Shown here piece after piece: positions 17,569 through 27,475 of a stretch of 64,000 nucleotides of DNA. The stretch's first letter is position 1. Each line of letters starts with the position of its first letter. The translations under genes were made by a program, and so were the position numbers. The notes under the pieces were generated by a model. It saw only the letters and a list, made by a program, of their open reading frames with translations. It was not told the DNA's origin and ran no database searches. The DNA is from Candidatus Dormiibacterota bacterium (GTDB taxonomy: Bacteria > Acidobacteriota > Terriglobia > Acidiferrales > UBA7541): the NCBI GenBank assembly GCA_035602135.1, contig DATNMX010000044.1, positions 15,269-79,268 of the forward strand, given 5' to 3'.

Positions 17569-18228
17569 ATGGCCCAGATTTTTCATCGCAGCGCAAATTC
17601 CGCCGCTCGATTCAGTATCCTGGTTGCTGTTCTTGCAATTACGCTCGCCTTGGTTGGGGTACTCGCCGCAGCCCGCGCCCCGTATTACACGCGCCAGAAC
17701 ATCGTGCGTGAACAGCCCATTCAGTTCAGCCATAAGCATCATGTTGGCGATGACGGTATCGATTGCCGCTATTGTCATACCGGTGTGGAAACTTCTGCGG
17801 TGGCAGGCGTCCCGCCCACCAAGACCTGCATGAATTGTCATTCGGTGCTTTTCAACAATGCGGCTTACCTCGAGCCAGTACGCGAAAGCTACCGCACAGA
17901 TAAATCGATCCAGTGGGTAAAGGTCCATCGCCTGGCCGATTTCGTTTATTTCAATCACAGCATTCACATTAATAAGGGCGTGGGTTGTTCGACTTGTCAC
18001 GGCCAAATCAATCAGATGCCGCTGGTGTTCCAGGCCAGGACTCTGACGATGGATTGGTGCGTAGACTGCCATCGCAATCCGGAACAAAACCTTCGCCCTC
18101 GCGATGAAGTTTTTAGTATGGATTGGAAGGCGCCGGCAAATCAGGAAGAAATAGGCAAGAAATTGGCGGCGGATAACAAAATCAGGACGGCGTCCGAGCT
18201 AACGAACTGCTCAACCTGTCATCGCTAA
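17569..18228 (+). CDS. actA: Alternative Complex III subunit ActA (membrane-anchored pentaheme cytochrome c)
   Basis: The start is probably the ATG at 17569 (MAQIFHRS...). An N-terminal TM helix is present. Five CXXCH motifs are visible: CRYCH, CMNCH, CSTCH, CVDCH and CSTCH. It is the first gene of the act cluster. Confidence 0.85.
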   Translation: MAQIFHRSANSAARFSILVAVLAITLALVGVLAAARAPYYTRQNIVREQPIQFSHKHHVGDDGIDCRYCHTGVETSAVAGVPPTKTCMNCHSVLFNNAAYLEPVRESYRTDKSIQWVKVHRLADFVYFNHSIHINKGVGCSTCHGQINQMPLVFQARTLTMDWCVDCHRNPEQNLRPRDEVFSMDWKAPANQEEIGKKLAADNKIRTASELTNCSTCHR

Positions 18229-21200
18229 TGGACGATATGCAAGAGCACGAACACATCGACGAGCACCTGCCAGGGCATCAACACGACGATGAACCGCAGG
18301 CTAGCGACGCTACCGTGCGCGAACATCCGCTAGATTTGGCCGCGGTACGTGCCAAGCTGCAATCCAAAAGCGGCAAGCAATACTGGCGCACGCTCGAGGA
18401 ATTGGCTGAGGATCCACATTTTGAGCAACTTCTTCATCGCGAATTTCCGCGGCAGGCTTCTGAATGGGACGATGCCTTAGATCGTCGCGATTTTTTGAAG
18501 TTGATGGCGGCTTCGTTGGCTTTTGCCGGGTTGTCCGGCTGCGGCCGAGCGCCAGAACAACACATCGTTCCCTATGTTACGCAGCCCGAGGGTCTAGTTT
18601 TAGGGAAACCACAGTTCTACGCGACGTCCATGCCCTTCGGCGCAGATGCTATCGGATTACTAGTCGAGAGCCACGAAGGCCGCCCCACAAAAATAGAAGG
18701 GAATCCCGACCATCCTTCCAGCCTGGGCGCCACGGATTCATTTTCACAAGCTGCCGTTCTAAACCTCTACGATCCGGATCGCGCACAGGTTGTCACCAAC
18801 TATGGCGACCTTCGTAGCTGGCCGGCATTTCAGGAGGCTGCGCAGACCTTGGCGGCCACAATCAAGGTTGGCAACGGAGCGGGATTCCGCATTTTGTCCG
18901 GAACGATCACCTCGCCGCTGATCGGTGCGCAGATGGAGTCTCTCTTAAAGCTTTACCCGCGGGCGAAGTGGCACCAATGGGAGCCGGCGGGGAGCGACGG
19001 AACACGGGAAGGCGCAAAACTGGCCTTTGGTCGCTACGTTAACAGTGTCTACCGTTTCGAAAAAGCGAATGCAATCCTTTCGCTGGATTCCGACTTCATG
19101 GCGAGCGGTCCGGGTCATATCCGCTATATGAAGGATTTCTATCGACGCCGCAAGTTGAATGGTTCATCCACGGAAATGAACCGGCTGTATGTAGTTGAAC
19201 CGACGCCGTCAGTTACGGGTTCCAGTGCTGACCACCGTTTGCCATTGCGTTCGAGCGAAATAGCGCTATTCACTCGCGCACTCGCCGCAAAACTGGGACT
19301 GGGTGGTTCGGCAAAGGTTCCCTCCAAGGCTGAACAGTTGCTCGACACTGTGACTGGCGAGCTGCGGCAACATCATGGTTCTTCGCTGGTCGTAGCTGGC
19401 GAGCAACAGCCAGCTGAGGTGCACGCTCTGGCGCACGCCATAAACGCGGCCCTTGGCAACGTGGGCGCCACCATTTATTACACCGAAGCGGTGGAGCTGA
19501 ATCCAGTCAATCATCTCGAATCGCTTCGCGAACTCTGCGCGGATATGGCGGCGGGGAAAGTCGAGACACTCGTGATGCTCGGTGGTAATCCCGTCTACGA
19601 CGCTCCGCACGATTTCGACTTCACTTCGAAACTCCGTCAGGTTCACACGACGGTGCATTTGAGTTCACATTTTGACGAGACATCCGAACAGTGCACGTGG
19701 CACATACCTGAATCGTACTTTCTGGAAACGTGGGGCGATGCTCGCGCTTTTGACGGCACAGTCAGCATCATCCAACCGCTTATCGCGCCGCTTTATAGCA
19801 CTCATTCGGCGTACGAAGTGCTTGCGGCTTTCAGCGATCAGCCTGGTGTCACTCCCTACGATGCGCTTCGCGATCGTCTGAAAGCGGCGAATCCATCCGA
19901 TTTTGAGAAGTTTTGGCGCAAGTCGCTGCACGACGGAGTAATCGCCAACACCGCATTTCCGCCAGTCAGTGTGACTTCGAAGTTCAATTCAGCCAGCTTG
20001 CCTTCTGCACCGCCCGCGGGCGCCGATGACCTGGAGTTCCTCTTTCGCCCTGACCCGAGCGTCCATGACGGGCGTTTCGCAAACAATGGTTGGCTACAGG
20101 AACTGCCCAAACCAGTCACCAAGCTAACGTGGGACAATGCCGCGATGGTCAGCCCCAAAACCGCCCAAACACTGGGGCTGACACATAAGGTCGCATCGCG
20201 GGGCGGTGAACATGGTCAGATCATTTCGAACGTTATAGATATCCAGCTTTCGTACAGCAAAGTAACCGCGGCTGCTTGGATCCTGCCGGGGCAGGCGGAC
20301 GGCGTGGTTGTTCTTCCTCTGGGTTATGGCCGCAAAAAAGCGGGTTATACAGGGACCAACAAAGGCTTTGATGCTTATGTGGTGCGCACTTCCGACGCTC
20401 TTTGGAGCGCCGGAGGAGGCAAGATCAGCAAGACCGCGAGCACATATTCTCTAGCCTGCACGCAGTACCACTTCAATATGGAAGGCCGAAAGATTCTGAG
20501 CACCGCCACGCTTGAGGAATATAAGAAAAATCCGGCGTTTCCGCGTGAAGGCGATGAAAAACTGGAACATCCGGATGAGAGCCTTTCGCTATACAAGGAA
20601 TATAAGTATCCCGGTTATGCCTGGGGAATGGCGATTGACTTGACGAGTTGCAATGGCTGCAACGCGTGCGTGGTAGCTTGCCAGTCGGAGAACAATATTC
20701 CAGTGGTCGGCAAAGACCAGGTTTTACGCGGCCGCGAAATGCACTGGATTCGCATTGATCGTTACTACAAGGCGCAGACGAGCACCAACGATCCCACCAC
20801 GAACGACAACGATGTCCTGGCCAATCCCGAGACCTTTTTTCAGCCGGTGCCCTGCATGCAGTGCGAGAACGCGCCGTGCGAACAAGTGTGCCCTGTAGCG
20901 GCTACCGTGCACAGCGCAGAAGGTCTGAACGATATGACCTATAACCGGTGTATCGGAACGCGCTACTGTTCGAACAACTGCCCTTATAAAGTGCGCCGCT
21001 TTAATTTTTTGCGCTTCCAGGATTGGGAAACTCCGCAGCTAAAACTTTTGCGTAATCCGGAAGTTACCATACGCAGCCGCGGCGTCATGGAAAAGTGCAC
21101 GTACTGCGTGCAGCGCATTAACAATGCGCGCATCGAAGCTGAAAAGCAGAATCGGCCCATTCGCGACGGCGAGATCGTTACTGCGTGCCAAGCCTCCTGC

Positions 21201-21368
21201 CCTGCCGAAGCCATCATTTTCGGTAACGCCAATGACCCGAATAGCCGCGTGGCCAAATTAAAAGCCCAGCAGCACAATTATTCGATCCTGCCCGAGCTGA
21301 ACGCGCGCCCGCGCACCACTTACCTTGGGGCGGTGCGCAACACGAATCCGCAACTGGACAAAGCATGA
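18228..21368 (+). CDS. actB: Alternative Complex III subunit ActB (MopB-like domain fused to a 4Fe-4S ferredoxin domain, Tat-type signal)
   Basis: The 1046-aa product has a twin-arginine motif (RRDFLKLMAASLAFAGLSGC) after the YWRTLEELAEDPHF segment. The C-terminal half has Fe-S cluster motifs: CNGCNACVVACQSEN, CMQCENAPCEQVCP and CIGTRYCSNNCPYK. Its start overlaps the actA stop (TAATG). Confidence 0.92.
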   Translation: MDDMQEHEHIDEHLPGHQHDDEPQASDATVREHPLDLAAVRAKLQSKSGKQYWRTLEELAEDPHFEQLLHREFPRQASEWDDALDRRDFLKLMAASLAFAGLSGCGRAPEQHIVPYVTQPEGLVLGKPQFYATSMPFGADAIGLLVESHEGRPTKIEGNPDHPSSLGATDSFSQAAVLNLYDPDRAQVVTNYGDLRSWPAFQEAAQTLAATIKVGNGAGFRILSGTITSPLIGAQMESLLKLYPRAKWHQWEPAGSDGTREGAKLAFGRYVNSVYRFEKANAILSLDSDFMASGPGHIRYMKDFYRRRKLNGSSTEMNRLYVVEPTPSVTGSSADHRLPLRSSEIALFTRALAAKLGLGGSAKVPSKAEQLLDTVTGELRQHHGSSLVVAGEQQPAEVHALAHAINAALGNVGATIYYTEAVELNPVNHLESLRELCADMAAGKVETLVMLGGNPVYDAPHDFDFTSKLRQVHTTVHLSSHFDETSEQCTWHIPESYFLETWGDARAFDGTVSIIQPLIAPLYSTHSAYEVLAAFSDQPGVTPYDALRDRLKAANPSDFEKFWRKSLHDGVIANTAFPPVSVTSKFNSASLPSAPPAGADDLEFLFRPDPSVHDGRFANNGWLQELPKPVTKLTWDNAAMVSPKTAQTLGLTHKVASRGGEHGQIISNVIDIQLSYSKVTAAAWILPGQADGVVVLPLGYGRKKAGYTGTNKGFDAYVVRTSDALWSAGGGKISKTASTYSLACTQYHFNMEGRKILSTATLEEYKKNPAFPREGDEKLEHPDESLSLYKEYKYPGYAWGMAIDLTSCNGCNACVVACQSENNIPVVGKDQVLRGREMHWIRIDRYYKAQTSTNDPTTNDNDVLANPETFFQPVPCMQCENAPCEQVCPVAATVHSAEGLNDMTYNRCIGTRYCSNNCPYKVRRFNFLRFQDWETPQLKLLRNPEVTIRSRGVMEKCTYCVQRINNARIEAEKQNRPIRDGEIVTACQASCPAEAIIFGNANDPNSRVAKLKAQQHNYSILPELNARPRTTYLGAVRNTNPQLDKA

Positions 21369-22747
21369 GCATTGGACAGCCACCAGTCGATTCTCCTGAG
21401 ATTCGCCGGCTAACGCCGGTGCTGGCTCCCGGCCACACCTACGAATCGGTGACGGAGAAGATCAGCTCGATCGTTCTTACGCGTCCGACAACTTTGGGAT
21501 GGTTTGTGGGTTTCGCGATTGCCTTCACCTTCCTGGGCATCATGACGGTGGCGATCGCTTGGTTGATCATAAAGGGCGTCGGCATCTGGGGCATTAACGT
21601 ACCGATTGGGTGGGGCTTTGCCATCGTAAATTTCGTATGGTGGATCGGTATCGGCCACGCCGGTACGCTGATTTCCGCGATTCTCTTTCTACTCAATCAG
21701 AAGTGGCGCACGTCTATCAACCGCTTCGCGGAGGCTATGACGTTATTCGCCGTAGCCTGCGCGGGTATTTTCCCGCTGATCCATACTGGCCGCCCGTGGA
21801 TGGCGTACTACATGTTCCCTTACCCCAGCACGATGGGCATCTGGCCGCAGTTTCGGAGCCCGCTTATCTGGGACGTATTTGCGGTGTCGACTTACGGCAC
21901 GGTTTCGTTGCTATTTTGGTTTGTCGGACTGATCCCTGATCTCGCCACACTCCGCGATCGGGCCACCAGTAAACCGAAGCAGATAATTTTTGGAGCGCTG
22001 GCCATGGGTTGGCGGGGTTCAGCCCGTCACTGGCATCGCTATCAATCAGCTTATCTTTTGCTAGCGGGCTTAGCGACGCCGCTGGTTCTTTCGGTGCACA
22101 CGGTAGTGAGTTTTGACTTCTCAATCGCCATTGTTCCCGGCTGGCATACCACTATCTTCCCGCCCTATTTCGTGGCCGGAGCAATCTATTCGGGTTTCGC
22201 AATGGTGCTGACCATCGCCATCCCGCTGCGTAAGTACTACGATCTCGAGGATTTCATCACCATGCGTCATCTTGAAAACATGGCTAAGGTGATGCTCGCC
22301 ACAGGGCTAATCGTTGCGTATGGCTACATCATTGAATTTTTTATGGCGCTCTACAGCGGAAACAAGTTTGATGTCTTTCTTGTCCAGCAGCGACTGCATG
22401 GCCCGTACGCGCCTTTTTACTACGCTCTGATTTTGTGCAACATTTTGACGCCGCAGCTGCTGTGGTTCCAGAAAGTTCGCACAAATGTCGCGATTTTGTT
22501 CCTGATGTCTCTCGTCATTAATTCTGGGATGTGGCTGGAGCGCTTCGTCATCGTGATTATCAGTCTAACGCGCGATTTTATGCCGTCCGCGTGGGGCCGC
22601 TACTCGCCAACGGTGTGGGATTGGGCCACTTTAACGGGCACGATTGGCCTGTTCACTACCTTGATTTACTTATTCGTGCGCGTTCTGCCTGCCATTTCCA
22701 TCGCGGAAATGCGCGAATTGGTGCATAGCTTCGAGAAACATAAATGA
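21365..22747 (+). CDS. actC: Alternative Complex III subunit ActC (NrfD/PsrC-like polytopic quinol-interacting membrane subunit)
   Basis: The 460-aa product is highly hydrophobic with about 10 TM segments, in the NrfD-like pattern. It has an ATGA overlap with actB. Confidence 0.9.
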   Translation: MSIGQPPVDSPEIRRLTPVLAPGHTYESVTEKISSIVLTRPTTLGWFVGFAIAFTFLGIMTVAIAWLIIKGVGIWGINVPIGWGFAIVNFVWWIGIGHAGTLISAILFLLNQKWRTSINRFAEAMTLFAVACAGIFPLIHTGRPWMAYYMFPYPSTMGIWPQFRSPLIWDVFAVSTYGTVSLLFWFVGLIPDLATLRDRATSKPKQIIFGALAMGWRGSARHWHRYQSAYLLLAGLATPLVLSVHTVVSFDFSIAIVPGWHTTIFPPYFVAGAIYSGFAMVLTIAIPLRKYYDLEDFITMRHLENMAKVMLATGLIVAYGYIIEFFMALYSGNKFDVFLVQQRLHGPYAPFYYALILCNILTPQLLWFQKVRTNVAILFLMSLVINSGMWLERFVIVIISLTRDFMPSAWGRYSPTVWDWATLTGTIGLFTTLIYLFVRVLPAISIAEMRELVHSFEKHK

Positions 22748-23322
22748 ACGACGGACGCTCGCACATTTACGGCGTGGTGGGTGAGTTCGAGACGCCTGAA
22801 CAGTTGCTTCATGCTGCCGAGAAAACTCGCCTCGCGGGTTATCGCCAAATCGACGCCTACGCGCCTTTCCCGGTAGAAGGGCTTTCCGAAGCCTTGGGGC
22901 TACGAGGATCCTTAGTGCCGTTAATTACCCTGATCGGCGGGCTGATGGGGGGTCTCACCGGGTTTGGTTTTCAGTATTGGGTCAACGTCTTCGCTTACCC
23001 CATGAATATTGGCGGACGGCCGCTCAATAGTTGGCCGGCATTCATTCCAGTCACTTTCGAATTGACCATTCTCGGCGCTTCGACATTTGCGGTCATCGGC
23101 ATGCTGGCGCTCAACAAACTCCCTCAGCCTTACCATCCGGTTTTCAACGTCGAGCGCTTTTCGCGGGCTTCAAACGATCGTTTCTTTCTTTGCATTGAAG
23201 CGGGGGACCCAAAATTCAATCTTGCTGAAGGCGCACGCCTTCTTCAAAGTCTTGGCGCGCAGCATGTCACCGAAGTACGGGATGAAACCAAGGATGATGT
23301 GTGGGTGCAGGCTCATGATTAG
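22744..23322 (+). CDS. actD: Alternative Complex III subunit ActD (DUF3341-type)
   Basis: The product begins IYGVVGEFETPEQLLHAAEKTRLAGYRQIDAYAPFPVEGLSEALG and continues with two TM helices, as in ActD. It has an ATGA overlap with actC. Confidence 0.8.
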   Translation: MNDGRSHIYGVVGEFETPEQLLHAAEKTRLAGYRQIDAYAPFPVEGLSEALGLRGSLVPLITLIGGLMGGLTGFGFQYWVNVFAYPMNIGGRPLNSWPAFIPVTFELTILGASTFAVIGMLALNKLPQPYHPVFNVERFSRASNDRFFLCIEAGDPKFNLAEGARLLQSLGAQHVTEVRDETKDDVWVQAHD

Positions 23323-23989
23323 CAGCTCGCTCATAGTACGGTTGATGACGCGGATGCTGGTGAGTGCATGCGCTGCATTTTGTCTCTTAGTCATCGGAGG
23401 CTGCGACCATCTTCATCAAGACATGGGCAACCAACCAAAGGCCAACCCGCTCTCTCCTTCAGATTTTTTCGCTGATGGCCGTTCGGAACGCCCGCTTGTC
23501 GAGAATACGGTTGCGCGCGGTTCCCTGGCCAACGATGCGTTCTTCTTGAGCGCGGATTCCGATAATATTCCGGTACCTGTCAATCAGGAACTGCTGGAGC
23601 ATGGTGAGGAGCGCTATAAAATCTTCTGCTCGCCGTGCCACGGGTTGCAGGGTGATGGCAATGGCATGATTGCGATGCGCGGTATGCGACGCCCGCCCAC
23701 CTACCACCAGGAGCGCCTACGTCAGGCGACGAATGGCCATTTCTACGATGTAGTCACCAACGGGTTCGGCCAAATGTATAGCTATGCGGCGCAGGTTCCG
23801 CCGCGCGACCGCTGGGCGATCATCGCGTACATTCGCGCGCTGCAACTTAGCCGCAACGTGAAAGTCGGCGATCTGCCGGCGGAGCTACGTGAAAAACTGA
23901 ACCAGGGTAGAGCGCCGAAACCCACTCCGGGAGCCGATCCCAAGGAAGACATGGGCAACACGAAGAATTCCACAGGGAGCGGCCGCTAA
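23315..23989 (+). CDS. actE: Alternative Complex III subunit ActE (monoheme cytochrome c lipoprotein)
   Basis: The start is most likely the ATG at 23315, overlapping the actD stop by 8 nt; the track ORF extends to 23087 inside actD. A lipobox-like LVIGGC is present, with a single CSPCH heme motif and a downstream Met ligand region. Confidence 0.8.
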   Translation: MISSSLIVRLMTRMLVSACAAFCLLVIGGCDHLHQDMGNQPKANPLSPSDFFADGRSERPLVENTVARGSLANDAFFLSADSDNIPVPVNQELLEHGEERYKIFCSPCHGLQGDGNGMIAMRGMRRPPTYHQERLRQATNGHFYDVVTNGFGQMYSYAAQVPPRDRWAIIAYIRALQLSRNVKVGDLPAELREKLNQGRAPKPTPGADPKEDMGNTKNSTGSGR

Positions 23990-25173
23990 TGGATGTGAAG
24001 AAATATCCGGCGCCAGAGAGCACTTCGCGCCTGCAGCAACGTGCGTTGCTGGTGGGTGGGATAGCCTTGCTGCTAGCCATCGTTGGATGGTTGCGTTCGC
24101 CTGAGCAATTTTTCCACTCCTATTTGATGGGCTATATGCTTGTTCTGGGCATAACGCTGGGCTCGCTCGGTCTCGTCATGTTGCAACATTTAACCGGCGG
24201 CCACTGGGGCATCATCATTCGCCGCCCACTGGAATCGGCTACGCGTACGCTTCCCCTTCTTGCCATTCTCTTTTTGCCGATTATTTTCGGCATGAAATAT
24301 CTGTACGCGGCCTGGCTGGATCCTGAAAGAGTTAAGGAAGAACCCTTATCTACTCTGCAGCAAAGCTATCTGACAGCGCATGGTTTTCTCGCGCGTGCCG
24401 TCATTTACTTTGTAATCTGGCTAGTATTGATGTTGCTGTTTAATCGCTGGTCGAAGCAGCAGGACATCAACCGCAGCGATCGCTCCTTGCGTCGGCGTTT
24501 CAAAATGCTGGCTGGCCCAGGCATCATTCTTTACGTTTTTGCGATGTCTTTCGCGGCGTTTGATTGGGTGATGTCTCTCTCTCCGCACTGGGCATCCACC
24601 ATTTACGGCTTCCTGTTCGTGGCCGGCCAGCTCATTTCATCCATGTCCTTCATGATCGCGGTGACTGTCTTGTTGTCACAAACCGCACCCATGGCTGGAC
24701 TGATTCAAAAGCGTCACATTCATGACCTCGGCAAGTTTTTGCTGGCATTTGTAATGCTCTGGGCTTACTTCAATTTTTCTCAGTTGCTGATCATTTGGTC
24801 AGGCAATCAGCCGGAAGAAATCACCTTCTATCGCTCGCGCCTATACGGACAGTGGGGTGTTGTAGCTGTCATCGTTTTAGTCTTCCATTTTTTTGTTCCG
24901 TTCTTTCTGTTGCTATCGCGAGATTTGAAGCGCAATCCGAGGGTGCTTCCAAGGATTGCCATCTGGCTGATGTTTATGCGCCTGGTGGACCTTTTCTGGA
25001 TGACTAGGCCGGAGTTCACGGCTCGTGCTCTTCCGAGCTGGCTGGATATCGTCGTGCCCGTTGCTTTGGTGGGATTGTGGTTGGGATACTTTGCCTTTAA
25101 TCTGAAGAAGCTCCCGCTGCTTCCCCTTGGAGAACCTAAACTTGCGGAGGCCATCGCGCCCCTTGAGCACTGA
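23989..25173 (+). CDS. actF: Alternative Complex III subunit ActF (second polytopic membrane subunit)
   Basis: The 394-aa polytopic membrane protein sits in the canonical position after actE. It has a TAATG overlap with actE. Confidence 0.8.
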   Translation: MDVKKYPAPESTSRLQQRALLVGGIALLLAIVGWLRSPEQFFHSYLMGYMLVLGITLGSLGLVMLQHLTGGHWGIIIRRPLESATRTLPLLAILFLPIIFGMKYLYAAWLDPERVKEEPLSTLQQSYLTAHGFLARAVIYFVIWLVLMLLFNRWSKQQDINRSDRSLRRRFKMLAGPGIILYVFAMSFAAFDWVMSLSPHWASTIYGFLFVAGQLISSMSFMIAVTVLLSQTAPMAGLIQKRHIHDLGKFLLAFVMLWAYFNFSQLLIIWSGNQPEEITFYRSRLYGQWGVVAVIVLVFHFFVPFFLLLSRDLKRNPRVLPRIAIWLMFMRLVDLFWMTRPEFTARALPSWLDIVVPVALVGLWLGYFAFNLKKLPLLPLGEPKLAEAIAPLEH

Positions 25174-25630
25174 GTTTCACCACACGGGTGAGAGAGCTGG
25201 ACAGCCGCCACGTCATGCGGACGTGGCCTATGAGCCACGCGACGTCTCCGTGCGCACTATTTACTGGTATCTCTTTGCGTTGGCGGTGTCCGTCTTGGCG
25301 TCGTTTATAATTTCTATTTATGTTCTTCGCTTCACCACGCATTTAGTTGCGCAATGGGACACACCTGGTCCTCCTTCCCGCCAGGCCTTGGGTTCGAGCT
25401 TCAACACTACGCTGCCCGAACCTCGCCTCCAGGGAGTGCCCGGCCACGAAGCCGATCCGCAAACCGATTTGCGCAACAAAATTCGCGAAGACAGCGAGGC
25501 CAACGAAAGATTTGGTTGGGTTGACCAGAGTGCCGGTATCGCCCAAATTCCCGTGAAAGAAGCCATGAAGATCATCGCGGAGAAAGGCATGCCCGCGGTT
25601 TCCGCGCCGCCCGCGGCCAAGAAGAAGTAA
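25163..25630 (+). CDS. Small single-TM membrane protein of unknown function embedded between actF and sco1
   Basis: The open frame runs 25127-25630. The most plausible start is the TTG at 25163, 12 nt after GGAGG (25146-25150); the GTG at 25223 is an alternative. One TM helix is present (IYWYLFALAVSVLASFIISIYVL), followed by a soluble tail with PEPRLQGVPGHEADP...RFGWVDQSAGIAQIPVKEAMKII. Confidence 0.6.
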   Translation: MSTEFHHTGERAGQPPRHADVAYEPRDVSVRTIYWYLFALAVSVLASFIISIYVLRFTTHLVAQWDTPGPPSRQALGSSFNTTLPEPRLQGVPGHEADPQTDLRNKIREDSEANERFGWVDQSAGIAQIPVKEAMKIIAEKGMPAVSAPPAAKKK

Positions 25631-25634
25631 ATCC

Positions 25635-26486
25635 ATGAACAGACTTAGAATCCTCGCCGGAATCGCCGTGTTATTGCTCACAGCATGTTCCGCATACGGC
25701 CCAGCCGTACCGAACAACGTGGGCCAATCCTCCTCAGCCATGCCGCTTCCCTTGCGGAATGTTGGCTTCGAGCCGCAGCTCAACGCACAAATTCCTCTGG
25801 ATCTTTCTTTCCGCGACGAGGAAGGCAAGAACGTCCACCTGGGCGAATATCTGGGCCATAAACCTGTCCTCCTGGCGTTTGTTTATTACGGCTGCCCGAT
25901 GCTGTGCAATCAAGTGGAACAAGGCGTGGTCGGCGCGTTGCGCATGCTTTCCTTCAATCCGGGTCACGATTATGAAGTAGTGTTCGTCAGTTTCGATTCA
26001 CGCGAGACGCCGGTTATGGCAGCCCAGAAAAAGCAGTCAGCTCTCTCTCATTTTGGCCGTCCGGAAACTGCATCGGGATGGCATTTCCTTACTGGGTCGC
26101 AAGAGTCTATCGAAGCAGCCACCACGGCGGCCAATTTTCGTTTCTCCTTTGACGCCAAGACAAATCTTTTTGCACACGCCAGCGGAATCCTTCTTCTTAC
26201 GCCGGATGGCCGCATTTCACGCTATTTTTACGGGGTGGAATATCCTGGCCGGGACATTCGTCTGGGTCTTGTCGATGCTTCCGCAGGAAAGATTGGAACA
26301 CCCATCGATCACGTGTTGCTGTTCTGCTTTAAATACGATCCCACAGCTGCCACTTACAGCGCGTCGATTCTTAAGATCATCCGGCTCGCGGGAATTTTAA
26401 CCGTGCTGTCCATGGTGGCAGGAATTTTGATCTTCCGGCGCCGCGATACTGCTTTGGCGCGTAACAAATTTGAAGGAGCACACTAA
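25635..26486 (+). CDS. SCO1/SenC-family copper chaperone (thioredoxin fold)
   Basis: A lipoprotein-like signal is present (LLLTAC). The CxxxC motif lies in VYYGCPMLCNQV and a conserved downstream His lies in FAHASGILLLTPDG. It sits immediately upstream of the oxidase genes. Confidence 0.85.
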   Translation: MNRLRILAGIAVLLLTACSAYGPAVPNNVGQSSSAMPLPLRNVGFEPQLNAQIPLDLSFRDEEGKNVHLGEYLGHKPVLLAFVYYGCPMLCNQVEQGVVGALRMLSFNPGHDYEVVFVSFDSRETPVMAAQKKQSALSHFGRPETASGWHFLTGSQESIEAATTAANFRFSFDAKTNLFAHASGILLLTPDGRISRYFYGVEYPGRDIRLGLVDASAGKIGTPIDHVLLFCFKYDPTAATYSASILKIIRLAGILTVLSMVAGILIFRRRDTALARNKFEGAH

Positions 26487-26488
26487 GC

Positions 26489-27472
26489 GTGCAGTCGCAA
26501 TTGCCATTGTTGCCGGAGCAAGCATCCAATTTCGCGACTAGCGTAGACTCGCTGGCCCTCTTTATCACTGCGATCTGCCTTTTCTTTGCGGTGGCTATTA
26601 CCGCGGCGGTTATCATTTTCTTTTTCAAGTTTCGCCGCCGGCAACCCAGCGAGGTCGGCACTGCAATTCACGGTGACATGCGTTTGGAAGCGGCGTGGGT
26701 GGTCATTCCCTTAATCTTGGCTTTGACCATGTTTGCATGGGGTGCCGTGGTTTATGTGGAATATCGGCACACCCCAACGGACACGCTGGACATTTACGTT
26801 GTAGGCAAACAGTGGATGTGGAAGCTCCAACAACCCACTGGCTTGAAAGAAATTAATGAACTGCATGTACCTGTCGGCCGCGACGTCAAGCTCATCCTGG
26901 CCAGCGAGGACGTTATCCACGACTTCTCGATTCCCGCCTTCCGCGTAAAGATGGACGTGGTGCCGGGTTATTACAACACAATGTGGTTTCGGCCCACGAA
27001 GCCCGGGCGCTATCATTTCTTCTGCCAGCAGTATTGCGGCACCAACCACGCGGTCATGGGCGGCTGGGTAACCGTCATGGAGCCCGCAGACTACGCTGCA
27101 TGGCTCTCGAATTCGTCGGGCATGAATGTAAATCCCCTCGGCGTTGGTGAAAAACTTTTTGCTGAGAAAGCGTGCAATACCTGCCACCAAAGCGACGGTA
27201 AAGGCCAGGGCCCGTCGCTAAACGGTTTGTATGGCTCTACAGTCCGCTTGGCCGACGGCTCTACCGTCAAGGCGGACGACAGTTACATCCGCGAGTCAAT
27301 CCTGCAGCCCAATGCAAAGATTGTGGCCGGATATCAGCCCTTGATGCCGACCTACCAGGGACAGCTGACCGAAGAAGAGCTCGTGGCTCTTATCGCCTAC
27401 GTTAAGTCTCTGCAAGCGCAACCGGGGGCGCGAACCGCCTCCGCAGTGGCGCCCGCCCCGGGGAAGAAATAA
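26489..27472 (+). CDS. ctaC: Cytochrome c oxidase subunit II with fused C-terminal cytochrome c domain (caa3-type)
   Basis: GTG start. Two N-terminal TM helices are present. The CuA centre is HDFSIPAF...CQQYCGTNHAVM. The C-terminal CNTCH heme-c motif indicates a caa3-type enzyme. Confidence 0.95.
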   Translation: MQSQLPLLPEQASNFATSVDSLALFITAICLFFAVAITAAVIIFFFKFRRRQPSEVGTAIHGDMRLEAAWVVIPLILALTMFAWGAVVYVEYRHTPTDTLDIYVVGKQWMWKLQQPTGLKEINELHVPVGRDVKLILASEDVIHDFSIPAFRVKMDVVPGYYNTMWFRPTKPGRYHFFCQQYCGTNHAVMGGWVTVMEPADYAAWLSNSSGMNVNPLGVGEKLFAEKACNTCHQSDGKGQGPSLNGLYGSTVRLADGSTVKADDSYIRESILQPNAKIVAGYQPLMPTYQGQLTEEELVALIAYVKSLQAQPGARTASAVAPAPGKK

Positions 27473-27475
27473 GTC

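Noticed and set aside
23087-23314. Upstream 76 codons of the actE track ORF
   Set aside because: This stretch overlaps actD out of frame. The ATG at 23315 gives a proper lipoprotein signal (…LVIGGC) and an ATG/TAG-coupled junction.
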